Positions 28,302-37,870 of a stretch of 64,000 nucleotides of DNA are shown here, piece by piece (positions within the stretch are counted from its first letter, which is position 1; each line of letters starts with the position of its first letter). Under the pieces are notes generated by a model. That model had not been told where the DNA came from, ran no database searches, and saw only the letters and a list, made by a program, of their open reading frames with translations. This stretch comes from Candidatus Limnocylindria bacterium (GTDB lineage Bacteria; Chloroflexota; Limnocylindria; P2-11E), in NCBI GenBank assembly GCA_046262615.1, contig JBHEML010000005.1, forward strand, positions 263-64,262, in the 5' to 3' direction. Made by a program: the position numbers and the translations under genes.

Positions 28302-29006
28302 ATGCGCGGCCGCGGCTTGACCTCCTCGACGAGGACGTCGACGATTCGCCGCGTGATGCGCCGGCCACCGGAGCTCCACCCCGCACTGAGCCTCGACGAC
28401 CTCGTCGCGAACGGCACCATGACTCCCGAGATCGCGGCCGTGCTGCGGAGCGCGGCCGAGGAGCGCCGTTCGTTCCTCGTGCACGCGATCCCGCGTTTCG
28501 CGGGCAAGAGCACCGTGATGCGCGCGATCCTCGCGCACGCGCCAGCGACGGCGCCGATGCAGATCGTCCTCGGCGATGGCAGCGACGCGGACCAGTTGCT
28601 CACTCGGAGCAGGGACGGGTACATCGTGATTCCCGAGATCAGTGAGGGCGCGTGGGCACCGGGATACATCTGGGGCGATCCGGTGCGCCGCATCTTCAAC
28701 GGCCTCGAGCGCGGCGTGTCGCTCGCGACCGCGCTCCACGCGCCCGCGATCGACGACGCGTTCGCGATCATCTGCGGCAGGAACGGGGTACCGGACGCCG
28801 ACGCGGCGCGGCTCGAGCTCGTTGTGTACCTGCGGTCGCTGGGCCCCGAGGTGGAGACGCCCGAGCGGCGGGTCGTCGACTCCGTTCACGAGGTCCACGG
28901 CGTCGCGAACGGCCAACCGCAAGCGCGGCTGCTGTTCCGCTGGAACGAGGACGCCGACCGATTCGAGGCCTTCGACGCGCCACAGCGCATCGGTCGCGGA
29001 AGGTAA
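28302..29006 (+). CDS. Stand-alone secretion (VirB11/CpaF-like) ATPase domain protein
   Basis: SLDDLVANGTM, Walker A variant PRFAGKST, Walker B YIVIPEIS, His box ATALHA, RRVV; start at 28302 or 28356. Confidence 0.65.
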   Translation: MRGRGLTSSTRTSTIRRVMRRPPELHPALSLDDLVANGTMTPEIAAVLRSAAEERRSFLVHAIPRFAGKSTVMRAILAHAPATAPMQIVLGDGSDADQLLTRSRDGYIVIPEISEGAWAPGYIWGDPVRRIFNGLERGVSLATALHAPAIDDAFAIICGRNGVPDADAARLELVVYLRSLGPEVETPERRVVDSVHEVHGVANGQPQARLLFRWNEDADRFEAFDAPQRIGRGR

Positions 29007-29659
29007 CCGGCGCGGCCGGGTACATCGTCCGCCCCATCACGCCGTCGCGATTCGCCGATCTCGAGCGCCTGTTCGCCACGAGCTCGATCGCGAACTCCTG
29101 TTGGGACATGTGGATCCGCCGGTCTCCCGCGGACGACCGCGACGCCGCGAAGCGGGGCGTCCGGCCGTCGAAGGAAGGCAACCGTGCGCACTTCCGCGCC
29201 CTCGCGGCGCGGCGGCGCGCGCCGGGGCTGCTCGCCTACGACGGCCGCGATGCGGTGGGGTTCGCCTCGCTTGGCCCGCGAAGCGACATGCGACGCGTCG
29301 ACGCCTCGAAAACGACACCGCCCGTCGACGAGTTGGCAGTCTGGGTCGTCCCGTGCCTTTATGTTCACCCTCACCACCGGGGCCGCGAGGTGACGGTGGC
29401 GCTCCTGCGCGCCGCCGTCGACTACGCCGGCCGTCACGGGGCGCCGGCCGTCGAGGGTTACCCCCGGGCGCCGGGCACGCGCGTCTCCGACGACGCGGCG
29501 TTCTTCGGATCGGTCGAGATGTTCCGCCGGGCCGGATACCGCGCGGTCCGGCGCCCGCCCGCTGACCTCCGCAAAGGCTGGGTCCCGCGCTACGCGATGC
29601 GCGCCGCGTGCCCGCTGGCGATCCGCCGCGGCGGTAAGGTCCCGACGGTCAACTCGTAG
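29003..29659 (+). CDS. GNAT family N-acetyltransferase (start codon unclear)
   Basis: DLERLF..CW, GLLAYDG..VG..SLGPR, CLYVHPHHRGRE, VEGYP, F.RAGY. Confidence 0.8.
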   Translation, partial: VTGAAGYIVRPITPSRFADLERLFATSSIANSCWDMWIRRSPADDRDAAKRGVRPSKEGNRAHFRALAARRRAPGLLAYDGRDAVGFASLGPRSDMRRVDASKTTPPVDELAVWVVPCLYVHPHHRGREVTVALLRAAVDYAGRHGAPAVEGYPRAPGTRVSDDAAFFGSVEMFRRAGYRAVRRPPADLRKGWVPRYAMRAACPLAIRRGGKVPTVNS

Positions 29660-29690
29660 ACCTCGTCGGCCACGTCCGCCAGACATCCGT

Positions 29691-32342
29691 TCACGTCGTG
29701 CTTTCGAGCGCGTAGGCGATGGCCGCATCGAGGTCCATGGCGTAGCCGGTCTCCCATTCGTCGGGATACCTGGCGCGATGGTCGTCGGTCGGGTAGATGT
29801 CGTGCGTGACGAACTGCCGCGTGTATCGGCCCAGCTTGGTCCCGGTACGGTCGCTCAGGGCGGCCGCTGCGCCGGCCAGGCGGACCGCGCGCTCCGGCCG
29901 GCCCTCGGCGAGGGCGAGCGCGGCGTAGTCGTCGAGCAGGATCGTGAAGGCTGAGAGATCTTTGGATGCGCGGAAGATGCCGGCCGCCTCGTCGAGCGAG
30001 TCTCGAACGCGGTCGTGCCTGCCGAGTACGAGCCCCGCGTTGGCGATCATGAACAGCGCCCATCCCAGGCCGAACCGGTCTCCGAGCCTGCGGTACATCG
30101 TGGCCGCCTCATCCGCGACGGGAGCCACCTCATCCAGCCGCCCCTCGCTGTACAGGATGTCCGTCATCGCCCAGAGCGTGTTGGCGATGCCGGGCTCGTG
30201 GCCGAGCTCCCGGTAGAGCGCCAGCGCGTCCTCGAGTAGCTTCCGCGCGCGCGCAGCGTCACGTGCGCCGGTCTCAGGGTTCAGGTACGCGAAAGACAGG
30301 TCGTACAGGGCGTCGGCGATCTCGCGTCGCTTGCCGGACGCGCGTGACAGCGCCAGGGCTTCTTCATAGAACCTCGTCGCCGCGGTCAAGTCGCCCTGCC
30401 AGTAGGCGGTGCCTCCCGCCGCCTGGAGTGCCTTCGGGCGCAGTTCGCCTGAGGTCCCCTCGTCGGGAAGCGCCAGGACGCGCTCGAGCACGCCGCGTCC
30501 TTCCTCGAGGTGACCGCGCATGTGCCAGAAGCGCCACAGCGCGGCCCCCAACCGCATGGCCGTGGCCGTGTCGTGCGCGATGGCCCACTCCATCGCGGCG
30601 CGCAGGTTGTCGTGATCCTGCTGCATGAGGTCGAGGGTCCTGCCGCCTTCAGCTCCCATGAGCTCGAGCGCGCTGCGCTCGGCGAGCGCAAGGTACGCGG
30701 CCGCGTGGCGGCGGGCCATGTTCGCCGCCTCGTCAGACGCCTCGAGACGCCCCAGGGCGAACGCACGAATGGTGACGAGCATCTGAAATCTCGCGTCGCC
30801 ATCGATCTCGCGCTGCCGCAGCAGGCTGTTGTCCACGAGCGTCGCGAGGTCTTCGAAGATGTCGATGCCCGGCTCGTCAGCGTCCCCGCACACCGCCTCC
30901 ATCTGCTCGAGCCATGCGCCCCCGGCGAATATGGAGACGCGCTCGAAGAGGCGTCTGCTGCCCGGCTCGAGCAGGTCGTAGCTCCACGCGATCGCGCCGT
31001 GCAGCGTGCGTTGACGCTCGGGCAGATCGCGCGCTCCACCCGAGAGCATGGTCAGCGACCGATCGAGGCGAGCCAGCATCGCGGCAGGCGGAAGCAGCTT
31101 CACGCGAGCGGCAGCGAGCTCGATCGCGAGAGGGAGGCCGTCGAGGCGCGCGCATATCTCCGCGACGGCTGGCGCGTTGTCGTTCGTCACCCGGAAGTCG
31201 GGCTTGACCGCGACCGCGCGATCGATGAAGAGCCGGACCGATTCGTAATGCGAAACAGTTTCGGCGTCGCGCCCCGCGTCATCCGGCACGGCCAGGGGCG
31301 GCACCGGAAATTCGCGCTCCCCGTACACGCGAAGTGGCGCGCGGCTCGAGACGATGGCCTTCACGCCCTCGGCCGCGTGGAGGATCTCACCGATGTCCCC
31401 GGCCGCCGCCAATACCTGCTCGAAGTTGTCCACGACGAACAGAGCGCGCTTGGCGCGCACGTGTTCGATCACGCGCTCCCGCATGGGCCGCGACCCCGAG
31501 TCCGCGAGCCCGAGGGCGGCTCCGATGCTGGGCAGGACCAGGTCCGGATCCAGGATCGACGCCAGCGGTACCCAGTGGGTGCCGTCGGGGAATGCGGTCC
31601 CGACGCGCGCGGCGATCTCGATCGACAGCCTCGTCTTACCGGTGCCACCGGGACCCGTGAGGGTCAGCAGTCGCGCGCCGGCCAGCGCTTTGGATCCTTC
31701 CTCGATCTCGCGCTCGCGGCCGACGAAGCTGGTGAGCTGCGCAGGAATGCTCGAGGCGGCGTCGCCCACGTCACGGATCGGGGGAAACTCGGAAGGGAGG
31801 CCGTCGACGACGAGCTGGTACACGTGTTCCGGAGCCGGCAGGTCCTTGAGGCGGTGCTCGCCGAGGTCGCGCAGCGTCACGCCATCGGAAAGCGCGTGCT
31901 CCACGAGCGACCGCGTCGCATCCGATATCAACACCTGCCCCCCGTGCCCCGCGGCGGCGATGCGTGCCGCCCGGTGCACGTCGATGCCGACGTAGTCGGC
32001 GCCCGCGCGCACGCTCGCGGCCGTTCCCTCCCCGGTGTGCAGGCCCATCCGCACTCGCACCTCGGACCCGTACGGGAACGACTGACCTGCGAGCGCGCGC
32101 TGGGCGGCGGCCGCGGCGGCCACAGCCTTCGGCGCGCTTGGGAACACGATGAACAGCGCGTCGCCTTCCACGCGCACCAGAGCGCCCCCGTCCGCGAACG
32201 CGCGCCGTAGCGCATCGGTGTGGGCGGACAGCACCTCGTCGTAGCGCTCGGTCCCAAGGCGCTGGAGAAGCGCGGTGGAGCCCTCGATGTCGGTGAAGAG
32301 AAAGGTGACGGTGCCGGTCGGTAGGCTTTCCGGGACGCTCAT
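29691..32342 (-). CDS. Class III nucleotide cyclase - STAND/NB-ARC-like ATPase - TPR protein
   Basis: FLFTDIEGST, EGDA, RMGLHTG; TGPGGTGKTRL, VDNFEQV, LDGLPLAIELAAAR; C-terminal TPR-like helices. Confidence 0.92.
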   Translation of the reverse strand: MSVPESLPTGTVTFLFTDIEGSTALLQRLGTERYDEVLSAHTDALRRAFADGGALVRVEGDALFIVFPSAPKAVAAAAAAQRALAGQSFPYGSEVRVRMGLHTGEGTAASVRAGADYVGIDVHRAARIAAAGHGGQVLISDATRSLVEHALSDGVTLRDLGEHRLKDLPAPEHVYQLVVDGLPSEFPPIRDVGDAASSIPAQLTSFVGREREIEEGSKALAGARLLTLTGPGGTGKTRLSIEIAARVGTAFPDGTHWVPLASILDPDLVLPSIGAALGLADSGSRPMRERVIEHVRAKRALFVVDNFEQVLAAAGDIGEILHAAEGVKAIVSSRAPLRVYGEREFPVPPLAVPDDAGRDAETVSHYESVRLFIDRAVAVKPDFRVTNDNAPAVAEICARLDGLPLAIELAAARVKLLPPAAMLARLDRSLTMLSGGARDLPERQRTLHGAIAWSYDLLEPGSRRLFERVSIFAGGAWLEQMEAVCGDADEPGIDIFEDLATLVDNSLLRQREIDGDARFQMLVTIRAFALGRLEASDEAANMARRHAAAYLALAERSALELMGAEGGRTLDLMQQDHDNLRAAMEWAIAHDTATAMRLGAALWRFWHMRGHLEEGRGVLERVLALPDEGTSGELRPKALQAAGGTAYWQGDLTAATRFYEEALALSRASGKRREIADALYDLSFAYLNPETGARDAARARKLLEDALALYRELGHEPGIANTLWAMTDILYSEGRLDEVAPVADEAATMYRRLGDRFGLGWALFMIANAGLVLGRHDRVRDSLDEAAGIFRASKDLSAFTILLDDYAALALAEGRPERAVRLAGAAAALSDRTGTKLGRYTRQFVTHDIYPTDDHRARYPDEWETGYAMDLDAAIAYALESTT

Positions 32343-32381
32343 GGGTCGGCGGCATCGTATCGCGAGTCTTTGGCCGCATGA

Positions 32382-32861
32382 TCACGCACGCGCGATCGAG
32401 CGTCTCTCATGGCCGACCAGCTTTTCGAACGCGACCGCCATCACCGCGAGCTCGTGGTCGTCGAGGCGGTCCTTGAAGTATTCGGCGATGCCGTCAAGGT
32501 GCATAGGCGCCGCGCGGCGGAACACGTGCCGGCCCTTCGGGGTCAGCGCGATGAGACTTCCTCTCTGGTCGCTGGCGCACGCGCGACGTTCCACGAAGCC
32601 CGCGGTCTCGAGACGATCGACGAGCCGCGTCAATCCGCTCTTCGTCAGGCTCGTCAGGCTGGCGAGCTCGAGCGGCCGCCGTCCGTCCGCGGGTCCGCGG
32701 GACAATTCCAGCAGCACGCCGTAGTCCGAGAGCTGGATCAGGCCGGCGCGTTGCAGGTCGCGCTCGAGCGCGCGCGTGACCTCGGCATGAGCGCGGAGGA
32801 AGCCGGTCCACGCGCGCAGGTCCATCTCGGAAAGGCGGCGTCGGCGGCGGGCGGCGGACAT
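32382..32861 (-). CDS. MarR family transcriptional regulator
   Basis: DYGVLLEL, LTKSGLTRLVDRLE..GFVER..DQRG..LT..G; divergent from yceI-like gene; start 32861 or 32888. Confidence 0.9.
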   Translation of the reverse strand: MSAARRRRRLSEMDLRAWTGFLRAHAEVTRALERDLQRAGLIQLSDYGVLLELSRGPADGRRPLELASLTSLTKSGLTRLVDRLETAGFVERRACASDQRGSLIALTPKGRHVFRRAAPMHLDGIAEYFKDRLDDHELAVMAVAFEKLVGHERRSIARA

Positions 32862-32932
32862 CGCCGGCATCGGCACGAGGTTGAGCATACAACGACCGAC
32901 CGCCGCTACGCACGGGCCGCGGAACGGGAATA

Positions 32933-32948
32933 AGTTGCGCGGTCAATC
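32933..32948. promoter_or_regulatory. Candidate MarR operator
   Basis: Imperfect palindrome AGTTG-cgcggt-CAATC between divergent marR and yceI-like genes. Confidence 0.4.
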
Positions 32949-33005
32949 AGTTGTGGCTGTCGAACGACAGATCCGGCGGAGAGCCGGAAGGAGGACCACC
33001 ACACC

Positions 33006-33566
33006 ATGACAACGTGGTACATCGACCCAAGCCACTCGGCCGTCACCTTCAGGGTCAAGCACATGATGATCTCGACGGTCCGCGGAAAATTCGGCGCTGT
33101 ACGGGGCACTGTCGAGTTCGATCCCGAACAGCCCGCGAGCGCGAAGGTATTCGCGGCGATCGACGCCCGAACGATCGACACGAACGACGCACGGCGCGAC
33201 GGCCACCTCGCCAGCGCCGACTTCTTCGACACGCAGAAGCACCCGGAGATCGTGTTCAAGAGCACGGCCGTCGAACCCAGGGGTCACGACACCTTCAGCG
33301 TGACGGGCGACCTGACGATCCGGGGAACGACATACCCGGTGAGTTTCGACGCCACGCTCCACGGGATCACAGACGACATCCAGGGCGGCAAGCGGCTGGG
33401 TGCGGCCGGCACTCTGACGATCGAGCGCAGCCGCTGGGGGCTGGTCTGGAACCAGCCCATCGCGAACGGCGTGCTCGTCAGCGACACGGTCAACGTCGAC
33501 CTCGATCTGGCGGCCGTCGACGAGGCCACCGGGCGCAAGCACGGGCTTCTCGCCGAAGCGGCATGA
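33006..33566 (+). CDS. YceI family polyisoprenoid-binding protein
   Basis: WYIDPSHS, FRVKHMMISTVRGKF, RDGHL..DFFD, GDLTIRG; SD GAAGGAGG. Confidence 0.92.
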   Translation: MTTWYIDPSHSAVTFRVKHMMISTVRGKFGAVRGTVEFDPEQPASAKVFAAIDARTIDTNDARRDGHLASADFFDTQKHPEIVFKSTAVEPRGHDTFSVTGDLTIRGTTYPVSFDATLHGITDDIQGGKRLGAAGTLTIERSRWGLVWNQPIANGVLVSDTVNVDLDLAAVDEATGRKHGLLAEAA

Positions 33567-33746
33567 CGCCGCGGGCGGCGCTCGCGCGAGAGCCGCGTGT
33601 TCCAATGGGGTGATGCAAGAGGCGGCCGTCCGTTCGGCCAGACGTCTTCCGGACGTGCCGCCGCGCCAGGCTTCGTCGCTCGCCCGGCGGTGAACGCCGG
33701 AGGCGCGCCGGAGCCCGCGCGCCCGAGCGGTCCGGCCGCGCCGCTC

Positions 33747-34925
33747 ATGCCCGACGACCTCATTCCGCAGATCGATCTGAAGCGCACCGCACGCCGGCTG
33801 CCGGCCGCGCAGGACTGGTGGGTCACCTACGTGCTGATCGGTTTTCTCACGGTCCTCGCGGGAGCGGGTGCGCTCGCCGCGGCGATCATGATCCTGGCTC
33901 CGATCGCCCACCTTCTGGTGATCCTCATGCTCGGCATCACCGTCGCCTTTGCGCTTTCGCCGCTGGTCAGGCTGACAGAACGTGCCGTCGGGCGGCGGCG
34001 GAGGGTCGCGGTCGCCGTCGTGATCGTGGGCATGATCGCGCTGGTCACAGCGACGATCCTCGTATTCGCGATCCCGACCATCACCGAGTTCCAGCGGCTC
34101 GCCCTCGCGCTTCCGCAGTACAGCGCCACGCTCGAGCGTGGCGAGGACCTCGCGCTCGGCAGCCTCGTCGTGCCCAACTCGATCGCGCGGCGCGCGCTGG
34201 CGTTCGTCGACCCGGGAACGATCGCGCCGGAGGCCGGTGCGCTCACCCTTCGCCTGGCCTCTTCGATCTTCGACATCGTGATCGTGACCGTGATCGCGCT
34301 GTATTTCCTGCTCGACGGACGGAGGTTCCGCGCTCTCGCGCTGCGCGCGGTCCGCACCGATCGCCGGCGGAAGATCAGGGCCATCGAGCGCGAGGTCGTC
34401 CGGGTGTTCGGCGCCTACCTACGCGGCCAGCTGATCCTCGCGGCGAGCGTCGGGATCCTCGTGACGATCGTCCTGACCGTGCTCGGTATGCCCTACGCGT
34501 TCCTCCTCGGAGCGTTCGCGTCTTTGGCCGAGCTCATCCCGATCGCCGGTCCGATCCTCTCATCGGTCCCGGCGATCCTCGTCGCGCTCCTCCAACCGTT
34601 CCCGATGGTGGTGTTCGTTGCGGTGGCGTTCCTGATCATCCAGCAGGTCGAGAGCAACGTGCTCATGCCGCGCGTATCGGGGCACGCCGTGGGCATGCAC
34701 CCGCTCGGGGCGCTGGTCGCGCTCTTCGCGGGCTTCGAGGTCGGCGGGATCCTCGGCGCGCTCTTCGCCGTGCCGCTCGCGGGACTGCTCACCGTCTTCG
34801 TCGGTGCGGCGGTCGGCGCCTCGCGCGGGAGGCAGATGGTGCTCGTGCGGCCCCTGGCCCGCGGGCGCCGCCTCCGCGCAGCGGCGCTCGCGCCACGGCC
34901 GCCCGGACCGACGGGCGGCGATTAG
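33747..34925 (+). CDS. AI-2E family transporter (second paralog)
   Basis: YLRGQL, IQQVESNVLMPR, GMHPL, GALFAVPL; start uncertain. Confidence 0.88.
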   Translation: MPDDLIPQIDLKRTARRLPAAQDWWVTYVLIGFLTVLAGAGALAAAIMILAPIAHLLVILMLGITVAFALSPLVRLTERAVGRRRRVAVAVVIVGMIALVTATILVFAIPTITEFQRLALALPQYSATLERGEDLALGSLVVPNSIARRALAFVDPGTIAPEAGALTLRLASSIFDIVIVTVIALYFLLDGRRFRALALRAVRTDRRRKIRAIEREVVRVFGAYLRGQLILAASVGILVTIVLTVLGMPYAFLLGAFASLAELIPIAGPILSSVPAILVALLQPFPMVVFVAVAFLIIQQVESNVLMPRVSGHAVGMHPLGALVALFAGFEVGGILGALFAVPLAGLLTVFVGAAVGASRGRQMVLVRPLARGRRLRAAALAPRPPGPTGGD

Positions 34926-35284
34926 CGCGGAACGGACTTGAGGAGGCCGACCACGTTGCCGTCAGGGTCGGCGAACATGGCGATGGTGACCCCCTCCATC
35001 ACGTTCATTACCGGCATCACGGTCTTGCCGCCGGCCTTGGTCACCTTGTCCAAGTAGGCCTCGAGGTCATCGACTTCGACGTAGATCGTCGTGCGATTGC
35101 CGCCCTGGTCGCCGCCCTCTCCGATGCCCCCGCCGATCCCCGTGGGCTCGGCCTCGACGGTGCTGTAGTTGCCGAATTCGGCCGCCGGCGGGCCCATCTT
35201 CCAGCCGAACACGTTGCTGTAGAAGTCGCGCAGCTTGATCCCGTCCCTGCCGATGATCTCGAACCAGGTGATCGGATTGGCCAT
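34922..35284 (-). CDS. VOC/glyoxalase family protein
   Basis: ITWFEI..FYSNVFGW, YVEVDDLE, FADPDGNVVGL; SD AAGGAG. Confidence 0.9.
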   Translation of the reverse strand: MANPITWFEIIGRDGIKLRDFYSNVFGWKMGPPAAEFGNYSTVEAEPTGIGGGIGEGGDQGGNRTTIYVEVDDLEAYLDKVTKAGGKTVMPVMNVMEGVTIAMFADPDGNVVGLLKSVPR

Positions 35285-35393
35285 GTGCCTTCACTCCTTC
35301 GCCGCGATCGGCTGCGAGCCGGATGCCCCCCCCACCAGGCGCTTCGCGTCAGCGCAAGTGTCCGCGAAAAGCGAATTCCGGTCGAATGGCGCC

Positions 35394-35480
35394 CTAGCCC
35401 TGGAGGCGGGCAGCCGCGAAGCCGATGAGCGCGCCGCTGACGAGCCAGAGCGCGCCGAGCACCGCGAAGTACCAGTCCAT
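35394..35480 (-). CDS. 28-aa single-TM small protein (putative)
   Basis: MDWYFAVLGALWLVSGALIGFAAARLQG, one clean hydrophobic helix with GC3-rich codons. Confidence 0.5.
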   Translation of the reverse strand: MDWYFAVLGALWLVSGALIGFAAARLQG

Positions 35481-35614
35481 GCGCCATCCGCAGGCACGTG
35501 CCGTGCCGCTCAAGGTCAGCGAACAAGCGGCCTCCTTAAAGTTCCACTCGACGCTCACGAACTCCCCACATCCCGGCGCGATGCTCCTCGCAAGAAGCGC
35601 GAAGGAGAGGTCCA

Positions 35615-35956
35615 ATGGATCGGCGAATCTTGCTCGCGATAGCGGTGGTCATCGGCGCGGTGCTCGTGGGGGCGGGGGCGTACCAGGCGGGCCTGGCACA
35701 GGGGGTCGCCACGGCCGGCCAGGGCGGCGGGGCCGCCGTCCCGTACGGCTACTACCACCCGTACGGGTTCGGGTTCGGGTTCCTCGGGTTCCTGTTCCCG
35801 CTGGCGTTCATCCTCCTTCTGTACGCGGCGTTCCGCGGCGCCCGCGGTGGCGGCCGGAACTGGGGCGATCGCCGGGGGATGCTCGACGACTGGCATCGCC
35901 GCGCCCACGACGATCAACGACGCCCCGGGGACGTGAATACCCCAGCGCCGCGGTGA
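35615..35956 (+). CDS. Small membrane protein leading the two-component operon
   Basis: Two hydrophobic segments, GFGFGFLG, C-terminal WHRRAH; SD AAGGAG. Confidence 0.8.
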   Translation: MDRRILLAIAVVIGAVLVGAGAYQAGLAQGVATAGQGGGAAVPYGYYHPYGFGFGFLGFLFPLAFILLLYAAFRGARGGGRNWGDRRGMLDDWHRRAHDDQRRPGDVNTPAPR

Positions 35957-35963
35957 GCGCCGC

Positions 35964-36659
35964 ATGAGGACCGTCCTCGTCGTCGAGGACGAGCCGGAGA
36001 TCGCCCGCATCGCGAGCGATTACCTCCAGAGGGCGGGCTTCGCCGTTCGGATCGCATCCGACGGGAAGTCCGCTCTCGCGCTCGCCCGCTCCGCGAAGCC
36101 CGACCTCATCGTCCTCGACCTCGGGCTGCCCGACATCGACGGCCTCGATCTGACGCGCTCGCTGCGCAAGGAGTCGCGGGTGCCGGTGGTCATGCTCACG
36201 GCGCGCGGCGACGAGTCCGATCGCGTGGTGGGTCTCGAGCTCGGGGCGGACGACTACATCGTGAAACCGTTCAGTCCGAAGGAGCTTGTCGCGCGGGTTC
36301 GCGCGGTGCTGCGGCGCGCCGACGGCGCGCTGGATGCGGGCGCCGAGACCATTCGCGCCGGCGAGGTGACGCTCGACGTGCCGCGCATGCGGGTGACCGC
36401 GGGGTCGCGCGAGGTCGAGCTCACTGCGACCGAGTTCCAGCTCGTCGCCGCCCTCGCGCGCCAGCCGGGCCGAGTGTTCACGCGCGCGCAGCTGCTCGAC
36501 ATCCTTGAGGGAGCGGCCATCGAGTCGTACGAGCGCGCCATCGACACGCACGTCAAGAACATCCGGCGCAAGCTCGAGCCTGACCCGCGCCAGCCTCGGT
36601 ACCTTCTCACCGTCCACGGCGTCGGCTACCGGTTCACCGACGATGACTCGAGTGACTGA
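35964..36659 (+). CDS. OmpR/BaeR-family response regulator
   Basis: VVEDE, LDLGLP (phospho-Asp), KPFS, winged-helix IDTHVKNIRRK..GVGY. Confidence 0.95.
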   Translation: MRTVLVVEDEPEIARIASDYLQRAGFAVRIASDGKSALALARSAKPDLIVLDLGLPDIDGLDLTRSLRKESRVPVVMLTARGDESDRVVGLELGADDYIVKPFSPKELVARVRAVLRRADGALDAGAETIRAGEVTLDVPRMRVTAGSREVELTATEFQLVAALARQPGRVFTRAQLLDILEGAAIESYERAIDTHVKNIRRKLEPDPRQPRYLLTVHGVGYRFTDDDSSD

Positions 36660-37863
36660 CCCAAAAGATGAGCCGTCGGATCGGCGGAACACCGGCGGGG
36701 ACCCGTGGGCCGCGGAGCCGCGCGATCCGATAGACGTGAGGCATCGACGGCATTGGGGCCGCCGCGGCCGTCCGCCGTGGTGGCCCGATGGCGAGACCTG
36801 GCCTCCGCGCGGCGACGCGCAGTCGTGGCGCGCGATGCGCCGCGGGTTCCTCTGGCGGGCCGGGATCTTCATGGGCGCCGTCATCGCCGTGCTGGTCGCC
36901 GGATCGCTCGTCGTCGGCGGGCTGATCGCGCGCGCGCTCGGCGGCGAGCCCGGGTCGCCCGCCGAGCTCTGGACCGTGCCGGTCGTCTTCGTCGCGATGC
37001 TCCTGTTCCTGGTCGCCGCTGCCCGCCGCGGCATGCGCCGGTTCGCAGCGCCGCTCGGTGAGGTGATCGACGCGCTCGGCAGGGTGGCGGCGGGCGACCA
37101 CGGTGTGCGCGTTCCGGCGCGAGGGCGCGAGGGCCGGGCGATCGCCGGCGCATTCAACGCGATGGCCGAGCGCCTCGAGCAAAGCGAGGCGCAGCGACGG
37201 ACCCTTCTGGCCGACGTGACGCACGAGCTCCGCACCCCGCTGACCGTGATCCAGGGCCAGCTCGAGGGGGTGCTTGATGGGGTCTACCCCGCGGACGAGG
37301 CGCACCTGCGGCCGGTGCTCGAGCAGACGCGGGTCGTCTCACGTCTCATCGACGACCTGCGCACCGTCTCGATAGCCGAAGCCGGCGCGCTCGAGCTGCA
37401 TCGGGAGGCGAGCGATCTCGTGGCGCTGCTCGGCGCCTCCGTGGCGTCCTTCGGTCCCGATGCGGCGGCCGCCAAAGTGAGGGTCACGCTGGAGGCGAGC
37501 GACGACGTCCCGGCCCTCTTGATCGATCCCGTGCGGATGCGGCAGGTGCTGAATGACCTCCTGGGCAACGCCCTCCGCCACACTCCGTCCGGGGGGACGA
37601 TCACGGTGTCAGCGCACCTCGACCGATCGGTGCCGTCGGTGCGGGTGGTCGTCTCCGATACTGGTTCCGGGATCGCGGCTGACGCGCTCCCGCATATCTT
37701 CGACCGCTTCTACCGCTCGCGCGGATCGGCCGGCAGCGGGCTCGGACTCGCCATCGCGAAGGGGCTCGTGACCGCTCATGGCGGCGAGATCGACGCCCGG
37801 AGCGAAGGTGAAGGCCAGGGGACGACCGTGAGCTTCACGCTGCCGCTTTCGCTGGAGGACTGA
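36643..37863 (+). CDS. HAMP-domain sensor histidine kinase (BaeS-like)
   Basis: 2 TM, HAMP, H-box HELRTPL, N-box NALRH, DTGSG, FDRFYR, GSGLGL; start 36643 or 36652. Confidence 0.93.
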   Translation: MTRVTDPKDEPSDRRNTGGDPWAAEPRDPIDVRHRRHWGRRGRPPWWPDGETWPPRGDAQSWRAMRRGFLWRAGIFMGAVIAVLVAGSLVVGGLIARALGGEPGSPAELWTVPVVFVAMLLFLVAAARRGMRRFAAPLGEVIDALGRVAAGDHGVRVPARGREGRAIAGAFNAMAERLEQSEAQRRTLLADVTHELRTPLTVIQGQLEGVLDGVYPADEAHLRPVLEQTRVVSRLIDDLRTVSIAEAGALELHREASDLVALLGASVASFGPDAAAAKVRVTLEASDDVPALLIDPVRMRQVLNDLLGNALRHTPSGGTITVSAHLDRSVPSVRVVVSDTGSGIAADALPHIFDRFYRSRGSAGSGLGLAIAKGLVTAHGGEIDARSEGEGQGTTVSFTLPLSLED

Positions 37864-37870
37864 CGCGGGC

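Noticed and set aside
28168-28302. 44-aa ORF whose stop overlaps the ATPase ATG
   Set aside because: No motif, SD or hydrophobic character; cannot be distinguished from chance
30510-32210. Long antisense ORFs (also 47496..49172, 59336..60967, 11024..12409, 41994..43415 and others)
   Set aside because: Stop-codon scarcity in high-GC DNA; they lie opposite well-supported genes and have no motifs
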